DNA of 64,000 bases from Callorhinchus milii (Eukaryota), in assembly GCF_018977255.1 (NCBI RefSeq), contig NW_024704742.1:21826001-21890000 (forward strand), given 5' to 3'. Positions 37,131-48,492 of the stretch are shown piece by piece; within the stretch, counting starts at the first letter, position 1, and each line of letters starts with the position of its first letter. The notes beneath the pieces are model-generated. The model saw only the letters and a list, made by a program, of their open reading frames with translations, did not search any database and was not told the DNA's origin. Made by a program: the position numbers and the translations under genes.

Positions 37131-39421
37131 TATGGACGGAGGCGGGCAATGTGACAGACATGGAAAAAAGCTATCCTGGTCGGGGAACGAATGTGGATGA
37201 TAATCCTTGAGTTTGATATAGCACCTATCACGTCATTGAGACATCACAAAACACTTTACAGAATATACTGTAAAGTAAATTGACAATATATTTTGTGGGC
37301 AAAAGCCTGTGAACACTTTGAGACATCTCCAAGATGTGTAGGACCCTGTATCAAATACAAGGATTATTATTATACGTGCATCGATAAAGAGTAGTACAAG
37401 ATAGCAATATTCAGTGATTGCAATATTGCTGTTCTTCTGATATATCGAACAAGAACTGTATGTAAAGAAGATACAGTCTTCTGGTTAAAATGTTGATCTA
37501 TATTCAGCCATATACTACACTAAATCTATGCTGCAGAAGTAAATAGTTCCAGTTTTAACCTTTGACCTATATAGAATATATGGTTTAATATAGCTTTGCA
37601 GTTCGCTGTTCATTTACCCCTCATTTCCAAGCTACAAGCTTAAGAATCATATAAACTGTGAATTGGGTTATCATACTCTCAGGCCCTGCATTTTCTTCCC
37701 TCCTAGAATATGTAAAAGCGTTAACTTACACGATCACAAAAAAAAGCAACCTCTTTGCAAACGTCCACATTGTTAAGATGTAAAAGATGCAACAAAAAGA
37801 TGGCTTTTTTAGTGATTGTTGTAAGAGAGATGCCAGTCACTGTACTGGACTGTAAGGTGGTGCTGGCAGCCATTAGTTCCTCACCCAAGTGGACCATCTT
37901 CCATATGTGAAGTCATGCAGACAGTGAGATGGTAAGTCATGCAGACAGTGAACTACAGGAGGCATCACAGTCAAACTCCAAACACATCTTTACGCAATTG
38001 TGTTGCCTTCTTTGCCTACAAATATGCAGTCTCTCCATTTACCGTAAATTCTACAAAGCACTTTGAGACATCCTTCCGACATGATAAGGCCCTAAATGCA
38101 AGGATTATTATTATTAGTGTTTAACTATCTTCCTTCAGGACTGGATTGGAATTGGCACATTATTTAAAGAAATATGTATGTCACCACTGATAAATATTGA
38201 ATAATGCATGCTTCAGATAATCCTGTGACAGTTTGTACTCTTTAAAAAGATTGTTGTGTTTGTTATTTATCCTGTGGGAGGGCATGGAAGGTGCTCTGCT
38301 AATTAGCCGACTGTTGGCAGATTAACGAAGACATGCCTTCCAATTTTTATTTCCAATTTCATTCTAAAGAATTACCTAAACAGTATTCAGCATTTTCCTG
38401 AAATACCTTGGCAGAGATCGGATACTTGTTTTGCAAGGAATTCTCTGGAGGAAAATACATGTCCTGCCACTCTGCAAAACATGTTAGTACACTGCCAGCA
38501 GTTAACTTTTTGCTTTGCCCAGGATCACTTTGCTTATAGTATCACTCTGTATCACTTTCGCCCACAAAATATACAGTCAATCTACTTTACAATGTAATCT
38601 GTGAAGCGCTTTGAGACATCTCAACGATGTGATAAGGCGCTATATCAAATGCAAGGATTATAATTATTTATTACAACAACAACAAAATTACATTTGTATA
38701 GCGCCTTTCACATCGGGAGGCCGTCCCAAAGCACAATAATAATAATATTATTGAGAAAAGCAGTGCAAACAGGCTAAGAAGTTTTGCAGAGTAAGAGAGT
38801 AAAATACATACTGGAGCTTTACAAATTGACATATAACGATAAAGTTTTAAACAATCAACTCTGTTGGGGAGGGGCATATTGTAGTGTTTACGTTATTGGT
38901 CAAACAGCCTCATAATTAGGTGAAAAATTCAGCGAGGGGAGAAGAAGAGAACAATAAGTTATGATATGGTGTTCAAGCCTACAATACTCCTGGTCAGATA
39001 CTGGCACAATAACAAAATAAGGGGAGCCAGGTAAGCAGAAACTTATCTGTTTCAATGAATCACTTAAGGTGCTGCAAAAGAAAGAAAAGAATTCAGTGAC
39101 ATCCATTTAATTTACATTAAATAACCAGATCACTTCAGGAAGATATTGAAAGACAAGAGAAAGGTTTGGGCAATTAGCAGATGCAGTTAAGTATTTAAAT
39201 TATTTAAGTACACATCAATAGGGGGGAAATGAGGATAATAATTATAGACTAATGGGTAAAGCATTCAATGATGTGGAATGGCAGAGGGATACATATGAGG
39301 TACAAATACAAAAACATGATTGAGGTGTTTACGATCCTGAAGGGAATGAGAGTAGAGTGATTTTAGCAAAGCAGGTAGGAATGGCACCAGACACAATGGA
39401 CCGAATGGTTGCCTTCTTTGG

Positions 39422-40692
39422 ACTCCAGCAATACCCCCAACACACAATCTGGGGACCCCAAGCCTTGGCTCTTGCCAACCTGTGCCTATCACTTTCCATA
39501 ATTAGGTAAGCAGGATGGATGCATTCCTCCAGGGAGAGAGTGTACATTCCATTCTAGCAAACTATCTCTGGGATTTCCACATGTAGATGGGATGCATGGA
39601 ATTCTCAGCTTGGTCTGGATACTCTTAAGCGTGGTGATAGGTTTCCGCATGTGTCAGATACCCGGCTGACCAAAAAACAATGGTTGCCTTCTGTGTAGGA
39701 ACTATCGAAGTAGGAAAAATTTAGCCCAGTCGCTTCACTGATGAGGGCAAACTTTGATGCTGTGAGCTTCGGTTGACAGGTGGGGGCGGTGGTGGGGAGA
39801 GAATTCTAAGCAATTTTCCAGCAGATAAGAAAGCAATTTTGAATTATTTGACACTTATTTTGATAGTAGGATCCTGAGACACACCAGACAAATTATACAT
39901 TAAATCTTGAGAAATGTTAAAACAGGGTCAAATATTCAAGTATTAATTATCACATTGTTGAAAAGGTCAATCCTCTTGATAACTAAAAACATCAACTGGA
40001 CCAGTGGTGTGACCCTCTCCCTCTCCCCCCCACCTCTCCCCTTGACACAGTGGTTGAGCCTGAAGGTGGCCTAGTTTGCAGGATGCTTTGGACTTGCTGT
40101 CCTGTGGATCACAATGAAATGCCAGTTAGCAGGACACCAGCTTAACTGAACAAAAAAATCAGAGTAAAATCAGTATCTGGCTAATTGGCTTTCCAATGCT
40201 ACAATCTACAGGCCAGCAAGTCAAATCCACACGGCAAGCTGTTTTCAGGCTCAAGAATTGTGACGTAGTTGGGGAAGAATACCCACAGATCAGTCGGTGC
40301 CTGCAGTTATCGACAGGGCTGAATTTTCAATGATTTGATAATTAGCATCAGTTAGTGTTAATTAGGACCCATGTTAATTAACACATCATGAGTCGAAATT
40401 TTCTTTCTGGAGTGTATTATTTAGACATTTTGTAAAGACGAAGCGAAGATGATTTTGGAAGTTGTTTTTGGGGGTGAGCCACGTCCAGAAACCCAGCACC
40501 ATGCTTTAGGGTTTTCAAACCAGACTGAGAGTGCCATGCATCCCATCTGAATGTGGCAATTCCCATGTTTGGAATGAAATGCGCACTCTCTCTACGGAGG
40601 GATGCATCCTGCTCTCCTAGATCCAGAAAGCATTAGGTGCAGTTCGGTGAGCCAAGGCGTAGGGACCCTAGGTACTGGGGCACTACTGAAGT
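39422..40692. repeat. Pair of diverged ~220-bp inverted repeats (39422-39652 and 40480-40692)
   Basis: Shared blocks GCCTTGGCTC, GCAGGATG, GAGAGAGTG and AGATGGGATGCATGG in opposite orientation and colinear order. Confidence 0.75.
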
Positions 40693-41461
40693 TTAATCAG
40701 ATAAAACCACATAGTTTAGTGGGAGGATTCCCTGCCCCAGTAACTAGTCTACCCTTCCAAGTCCTACAATGAGCCAACCTGGCTGAGTCTTCGATAGACC
40801 CGCGTGGCTCAGGAGCTAGACTACCGAGATCACTACAAAGGGTAGGCTCAATCCTGATATTCCATTGCCAAGCATGTCATCTTCGATCCATTTCAGCTTC
40901 AAGGGCATTTGAGGAAAGAGAATTGGGGGAAAGAGTGAAAATAGGGCAAAAAATGAATGACTTTGGGACCATAAGTAAGGTGATTGAAACATGTTATATT
41001 TATTGAAATGTTGTATGAGTTGAATTTTAGCAGTAGAATGTTCTTGTCACAGTGATAAAACAACTCCTGATATCTGAGTGCCTTTTTATTTCGGAAATGT
41101 TAGGGTTCAACTGAGGGTCACAGAGCAGAAAATCAAATTTTCCCCAAAAATGGCTAGCTCAGGGAGTTTGAAATTCTCTGGATGTTAGTGGTCTGAGCAC
41201 TTGCACTGCAAAATACATATTAAATATTGACACGATGGGTGGAATGGCCCATATTTTTTCTGTGCTGTAAATTTATCCATATGCTTATGTGATTATGTCT
41301 CAGTATCTGTAAGCAACTGGAAAATATAATTTTCTTCATTTCGATTAATTGTACCATTTACCATTAATTGTACCATCAACAAAATATAGTCTGCGTATCG
41401 TTGAAAATTTCCACTTTTGTTGTTACCAAAGTTTTATGTGTATTACAGCACTTTTTATGTC

Positions 41462-42196
41462 AATACAACACAATATTACATTTGTAAAGTGACTTTTACG
41501 TCGGGAGGATGTCCCAAGGCACTGAACAGTCAGGGATTAAGACCTAAGCCGTGGTGGTGGGGTGGGGGAAAGGGGGGGTTGGGAATCAGGGACGGTGGAA
41601 GGCAGCGAGAGTAGGAGGGTGGCCAAAGGCACGGTCAAAGAGAAAGGTCTTGAGGGGTGCCTTGAAGGAGACAAGGGATGGAGCGAGGCAAAATGAATGC
41701 GGTTTGGAGTTCCAGAGGGTGGGGGCAGAGAGGCTGAAGGTCCGACCGCCGATGGTGGGGCGGGCCAGGTTGGGGACATGGAGCAGGCCAGAGCCTGCTG
41801 AGCGGAGGGAGCCGACAGGTTTATAAGGGGTTAGCAAGTCCTAGAGTTAGGCGGTGGCAAGGCCAAGGAGGGCCATGAAGGTGAACTCGATCCTCTGAGG
41901 GATAGGAAGTCAGTGGAGCCAGGTGAGGGTGGGTATGATAGGGGGAGAGGACACGAGCTGCAGAGTTCTGGATGATCTGGAGGGACGAGTTGGGAAGGCC
42001 GACAAGCAGGGAGTTGGCGTAGTCGAGCCTAGATGTAATGAAAGCATGCATAAGGGTTTCAGTGGACTGAGGGGAGAAGCAGTAGCAGAGTCGGGCAATA
42101 TTGCGGAGGTGGGGGAAGGCAGAGCAAGTCATGGCACGGATGTGGGGGAGAAAGGACAGTTGAGGGTCAAACAAGTCGCCCAGGTTCCTGACTGGC
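41462..42196 (-). mobile_element. L2-clade LINE 3' fragment
   Basis: PVRNLGDLFDPQLSF, SRLDYANSLLVGLP, TIGGRTFSLSAPTLWNS, plus 3' hairpin and tail. Confidence 0.88.
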
Positions 42197-42221
42197 ATAC
42201 ATTCTGGTGGTTGATATCAAT

Positions 42222-42592
42222 GGTGGATTCCTGTAGCGTGTTGGTTAGCGGGCTCGACTCTCAAGTGAGAGGACCCAGGTTCGATTCCTGGGCAGGGTGA
42301 AACCTTAGGCAAGTTTCCTTACTCATGCGCCTCTATCTGCTTACTTAGCATTAAGTAGGAACCGGGTTGTTAGTTGATTGGCAGATTACTTTTCCGGGGG
42401 TAATAATCCCTCAAAAAAAAATAATTTGGTCACTCAATCCACGACTGTATGTGGGACACTGCTGTATGCAATTGGCTGCCGCGTTTCGCCCACAAAATAT
42501 AGTGTCAATTCACTTTACAGTATATTCTGCGAAGGGCTTTGAGGAATCTCACCGACGTGATAAGGCGCTATATCAAATGCAATGATTATTAT
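42222..42592 (+). mobile_element. Same SINE family, long form
   Basis: Full-length match; B box GGTTCGATTCC. Confidence 0.88.
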
Positions 42593-43584
42593 TTTATTTG
42601 CGACATTTGTTTACACATATTTGAGGCATTATTCTAACCTACTGACCAATGTAACTCTCGGTTTCACTGGAACACCAAGGTTAAGTTGGAAAAATTATTC
42701 ACCCATTTACTGATTTCAAGTTTTATTTAGAATTATCAATAATTAATTGGACATGAAATATTGAACGTCACAAATTGTTGTGTTCAGAGGAAACAGACCT
42801 GTTTTTCATTATTTATTGTGACCAACCTATCTGGATGAAGCGAAGAAGCATTGTAAAAATCATACCACTAAAAATATTTTTTTATATTATATATGGGGGT
42901 GGGGGGGTGGGAGGGAAAAGGCTTGGCTGCTTATTTTATAAAGGATTTAACCTATGGGTTAATCAGACTTTGTAGTCGAGCAGAGTTTGCAACTTAATAC
43001 ATGAAACGTAATACTATATTGCTGAAGAAACGACAGTAAATCCATCCCAGGATGTTGCATATTATTAGACATGAAGACTTATTTTCCCACACAACTCTTT
43101 TTTTTTTGCAATACACCTGTACAAGAGGTGGTTCGGTTGCTTGGCTCTCTATTTCCATGTGAAGTGGAACGAGCTGTCAAACCTTGGGGTACGTTTGGAG
43201 TGGAAATGTAGGATCAAAACCGGTTGCTTGCACAAGCTGCAAACTCCTTTGAACCACTTGGGAGTTTGGGTTGGATTTTCCAGAGGGAGCAACAGCAGAA
43301 CAATATTATATATATATATATACATATATTTTACCCATTTAGGAACCCAAACTGAAGTTCATTCAATTGCAAATAACTTTTAAGTCTCTCCCCAGAACAC
43401 TGGCACCCTCCAACATTTTTTTCCCCCCACCCACCCCCTTTCTTTTTTATTATTCTTATTAATGATGATTATGATCATCATAATCAATAAAACCCAGTGG
43501 CAAACTTCACTCGGTTGAGTTGCACGTCCAATTCTGCCAATGCACCGAATTGCACGTTGCATGTCGTTTATTCTTGGGGGTGCA

Positions 43585-43617
<33 letters not shown>

Positions 43618-43840
43618 CTTCCATTCGTGTCATTCATTTGCACTTGCAAAAAAAAAAGAGAGCTAAAAAAAAAAGCCTTTGCTCGTCTCGAATGTATCCC
43701 TGCGAGCCGAGCGGCACCTTTACTTGCAGTCCTGCACTTGCCCTTTGATCCTGAGATTAGTGTTAGGGTTGGAGCAAAAGCTCCGGGTAACAGCGGCTCA
43801 GCCTCACACTCACTGCCTGACTCTCAGACACAGACCGACC

Positions 43841-43879
<39 letters not shown>

Positions 43880-44182
43880 CGACCGACCGACCCTACAGGG
43901 CCATCCAGGTGCATCCTCCTCCTGCTACTACTACTGCTGCTGCTGCTGCTCTCACACAACCTCTCACCATTTACACATACACATACATATACACATACAT
44001 ATGCACAACCACGACACACACTCAAAAACAGTGCCTTGGCGTTACAACCACCACCACCACCTCCACCACCTCCTCCTCGCACTACAGTTCACACACCGAA
44101 TGCACACTTTTTTTTTTCTTTTTGAACGTGCAAAATAGAGAGACGATGAATCTGGAGATTTTTTAAAACAAAGAAGAGATTG

Positions 44183-44214
<32 letters not shown>

Positions 44215-44620
44215 TATATACACACACACACATATACATATGCATACACGTGTATATATATTGTAGCAATATATATGTATATATATGTGTAGATAGATTT
44301 TTTTTGTGTGTGTTGGGGGGGTGGGGGGAAGGGGGGGGGAAAGCAAAAAAAAAAAAAATGTGCTCTCCAAAATTTTCCAGGAGGGAAAAATAAATTGCAA
44401 AATGCTGCTTTGAAACCACCAGCAGCACTGCCACCACCACCACCACCACCACAACGACAACAACCACCACCACCAGCACCAGCAGCACAGCAAAAAACAA
44501 GGAGAAAAAAAATGTGAAGCTAAAAAAAATGGTTTAAAAAAAAAACAGGAAAAGAAAAAGAGAAAGAAAGAAAGAAAGAGAGAAAGAAAGGAAGGAAGGA
44601 AGGAAGGGGGGAAAGGAAAA
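43585..44620 (+). repeat. Microsatellite-rich presumptive ZNF827 promoter and leader: (CT)n, (CA)n, (CTG)n, (CCA)n and A-runs
   Basis: Directly visible simple repeats alternating with short unique islands. Confidence 0.8.
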
Positions 44621-44663
44621 ATGCCCCGGAGAAAGCAGGAGCAACCGAAACGCCTGGCATACA
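44621..44663 (+). CDS. ZNF827: ZNF827 coding exon 1 (MPRRKQEQPKRLAY), NuRD/RBBP4-binding N-terminal motif
   Basis: aaaATGCCCCGGAGAAAGCAGGAGCAACCGAAACGCCTGGCATACA|gtaagt, 43 nt, phase 1. Human ZNF827 begins MPRRKQEQPKRLPS. Too short to appear in the ORF track. Confidence 0.93.
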
Positions 44664-44679
44664 GTAAGTGTGTGGCTGT

Positions 44680-44955
44680 GAGTGAGTGAGTGAGGGAGTG
44701 AGAGAGAGGGAGTGAGTGAGTGAAAGAGAGAGGGAGAGAGGGAGTGTGTGTGAGAGAGAGAGAGAGAGAGGAGGGAGGGAGTGTGTGTGAGAGAGAGGAG
44801 GGAGGGAGGGAGTGTGAGAGAGAGAGAGGAGGGAGGGAGGGAGTGTGAGAGAGAGAGAGGAGGGAGGGAAGGAGTGAGAGAGAGGGAGTGAGTGAGGGAG
44901 TGAAAGAGAGAGGGAGTGTGTGAGAGAGAGAGGAGAGAGGGAGGGAGGGAGTGTG
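44680..44955 (+). repeat. GA-rich compound repeat just after the ZNF827 exon 1 donor
   Basis: Directly visible GAGAGAGGAGGGAGGGAGTGT units. Confidence 0.9.
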
Positions 44956-45184
44956 TACTGGTTTGTGCTGCAGCAGCAGCAGAGGTTTAGGGTTAAAGAG
45001 GTGAAAACTGACAAAGACAACTGAAGGGGAGGGAGTGGGGGGGAGGGAGGGAGGGAGGGAGTGGGGGGGGGAGAGGATTTTTTTAAAATTATTTTTTTTG
45101 GGTTAAAAAAAATTATACAAACCCCCCCCCCCTAAAAAAATAAAAATAAAAGAGAGAGAGCGAGAGAGAGGGAGCAGTGTGCAG

Positions 45185-45196
45185 GCGGCCATGTTG
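45185..45196 (+). promoter_or_regulatory. YY1-like site early in ZNF827 intron 1
   Basis: GCGGCCATGTTG in a short unique island between low-complexity tracts. Confidence 0.4.
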
Positions 45197-45514
45197 GTGA
45201 TCAGCAGGGCTTTTTGTGTGTGTGTGTGTGTGTGTTGTGTTTTTTTGGGGGGTTTCTCTTTTTTTTAAAAAAAATTAAATTAATAATTTTTTTAAAAAAA
45301 AATTAATAAAAACGGTATTTCATTGCTGCTCGTTTCGTTGTAACAAGTTTCTCCCCCCACCACCCCCCCCACTCCCACCACTCCCATCCCCCCCCCCCAC
45401 CCCCCCCACCACCACCCCACCACCCCCCCATCCCCCCCACCATCCCCTTCCCTTTTGTTTTCTCTCTCTCCCCCCACACACACACTCCTTGTCTTTAGGC
45501 TCTGGGTAATGCTT

Positions 45515-45765
45515 TGTGTATGTTGTGTGTGTGTGTATGTTGTGTGTATGTATGTTGTGTGTGTATGTATGTTGTGTGTGTATGTATGTTGTGTGTATGT
45601 ATGTTGTGTGTGTATGTATGTTGTGTGTATGTGTGTGTATGTGTATGTTGTGTGTGTGTACGCGTATGTTTGTGTGTGTGTGTATGTATGTGTATGTTGT
45701 GTGTGTGTTGTAGGTATGTTGTGTTGTGTGTTGTATGTTGTGTGTATGTGTATGTTGTGTGTGGT
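45515..45765 (+). repeat. (TG)n/TATG/TTG compound microsatellite
   Basis: Directly visible. Confidence 0.9.
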
Positions 45766-46001
45766 TTTATTTGGGGGGAGGGTCGTGTGTGTGGTTTTAT
45801 TTGCATGTATTTATTATCAGTCCATCCATTGCATTGCATGATCGTATGTTGCATTGCTCCCGCGTGTGTTGGGCTGTTATATATATATTTGGGGGGGGCC
45901 GGGGTGGGGGGGGGGGGCCGGGGGTGGGGGGGGGGCGCTGTTTCTAGGGTTGGAGGAGGTTGAGGTGGAGGTTGTGGAATGGCCGGTATAGAGAGAGAGG
46001 C

Positions 46002-47165
46002 GGCTGGGAGGGGGGGCTGGGCTGAGGGGGGTGGGGGGGCTGAGGCTGAGGGGGGGGCTGGACTGAGGGGGCTGGGCTGAGGGGGGTCTGGGCTGAGGGG
46101 GGGCTGGGCTGAGGGGGGCTGGGCTGAGGGGGGCTGGGCTGAGGGGGGCTGAGGGGGGCTGGGCTGAGGGGGCTGGGCTGGGGCTGGGCTGAGGGGGGCT
46201 GGGCTGAGGGGGGGCTGAGGGGGCTGGGCTGAGTGGGGGCTGGGCTGAGGGGGGCTGGGCTGAGGGGGGGCTGGGCTGAGGGGGGCTGGCTGAGGGGGGG
46301 CTGGGCTGAGGGGGCTGGCTGAGGGGGGGCTGGGCTGAGGGGGGTGGGCTGAGGGGGGGCTGGGCTGAGGGGGGGCTGGGCTGAGGGGGGGCTGGGCTGA
46401 GGGGGGCTGGGCTGAGGGGGGGCTGGGCTGAGGGGGGGCTGGGCTGAGGGGGGGCTGGGCTGAGGGGGGGCGGGCTGAGGGGGGGCTGGGCTGAGGGGGG
46501 GCTGGGCTGAGGGGGGCTGGGCTGAGGGGGGGCTGGGCTGAGGGGGGCTGGGCTGAGTGGGGGCTGGGCTGAGGGGGGGCTGGGCTGAGGGGGGCTGGGC
46601 TGAGGGGGCTGGGCTGAGGGGGGGCTGGGCTGAGGGGGGCTGAGGGGGCTGGGCTGAGGGGGGGCTGAGGGGGGCTGAGGGGGCTGGGCTGGGTCAGGGC
46701 TGAGGGAGGGCTGAGGGGGGCTGGGCTGAGGGGGGGCTGGGCTGGTCAGGGCTGAGGGGGGGCTGGGCTGAGGGGGCTGGGCTGAGGGGGGTCTGGGCTG
46801 AGGGGGGGCTGGGCTGAGGGGGGCTGGGCTGAGGGGGGGGCTGGGCTGGGTCTGGGCTGAGGGGGGGCTGAGCTGAGGGGGGCTGGGCTGAGGGGGGCTG
46901 GGCTGGGTCAGGGCTGAGGGGGGGCTGGGCTGAGGGGTCTGGGCTGAGGGGGGTCTGGGCTGAGGGGGGCTGGGCTGAGGGGGGGCTGGGCTGGGTCTGG
47001 CTGAGGGGGGGCTGAGCTGAGGGGGGGGCTGGGGTCTGGGCTGAGGGGGGCTGGGCTGAGGGGGGGCTGGGCTGGGTCAGGGCTGAGGGGGGGCTGGGCT
47101 GAGGGGGCTGGGCTGAGGGGGCTGGGCTGAGGGGGGGCTGGGCTGGGTCTGGGCTGAGGGGGGGG
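46002..47165 (+). repeat. G-rich minisatellite (GGGCTGAGGGGGG[G]CT)n in ZNF827 intron 1
   Basis: Directly visible 15-16-bp unit, with GGGTCA/GGGTCT variant units toward the 3' end. Confidence 0.95.
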
Positions 47166-47231
47166 AATGGCAGCCCGCGGTCACAGTGAAAGGGTCAGTT
47201 GGATCAGGCCAACACCAGGACTTATACTGAG

Positions 47232-48213
47232 CACTGACACACATACACTGACACTGACACACACACTGACACACTGTCACTCACACTGACACACACATAG
47301 ACACTGACACATACACTGACACTGACACACACACTGACACACTGTCACTCACACTGACACACACACATAGACACTGACACATACACTGACACTGACTGAC
47401 ACACTGTCACTCACACTGACACACACACATAGACACTGACACACACATAGACACTGATAGACACTGACATACACACTGACACACTGTCACTCACACTGAC
47501 ACACACACACATAGACACTGACACACACAAACAGTGACACAGACACACACACAGACATTGACACATAGATACAGCCACACACTGACAGACACACACACAC
47601 ACACACTGACACACACAAACACTGACAGACACACACACTGATACACACAGACACTGACACCCACACATACACTGACACAGACACTGACATAGACAGATAC
47701 TGACAGACACATACTGACACACACACAGACTGACATACACAGACATAGACACTGACACACACAGATATAGACACACACAGACAGTGACACAAACATTGAT
47801 GCATAAATAAACACAGACCCTGGCACACACTGACACACAGACACTCACTGACACACACACACTCACTGACACACACTCACTGACACACACACTGACACAC
47901 ATAGTGACACAGACATTGACACATAGATACACAAATACACTGACACACATACGGAGACACATAGACACTGACACATAGATGCACACTGACACTGACACAC
48001 ATAGACACTGACACACATACAGACATAGACACTGACACAGACACACACAAGACACATAGACGCTGACACATACACAGACACACATAGACACTGACACACA
48101 CATAGACACTGACACACATAGACACATAGACAGACACACACATAGACACATAGACACAAACATAGACAGACAGACACATAGACACTGACACACAGACATA
48201 CATACATACATAC
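47232..48213 (+). repeat. Degenerate CA-rich array built from ACACTG/ACATAG units
   Basis: Directly visible; ~66-bp higher-order units at 47260-47520. Confidence 0.92.
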
Positions 48214-48457
48214 AGGCAGCTCCAGCCTCTCAAACCCACTATATTAAATCACCGCTTCAACACCCCCCCACCCACCACACACAGACACACACACACATTG
48301 CTGCTTTTTGTTTTATCAACTTTTACATTGAAGATTCAGTGCATTATTTCGCTGCTTTGCTTTGTGTGGCCGGGAGGAGAGGAGAGGGAGAGAGAGGGAA
48401 AGGGGAACTTTTCTTGGAGATGGAAAAATTGCTGCTAAGATTTCTGTCTGTGCGTTT

Positions 48458-48492
<35 letters not shown>

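Noticed and set aside
39738..39775. CTGATGAG as a hammerhead ribozyme core
   Set aside because: No GAAA after a plausible stem II, and no closing stems.
46002..48213. CRISPR-like or telomeric array
   Set aside because: No unique spacers and no TTAGGG units; ordinary eukaryotic minisatellites.
43540..48239. Cys/Val-rich and His/Thr-rich ORFs
   Set aside because: Translations of TG/CA microsatellites, with no coding evidence.
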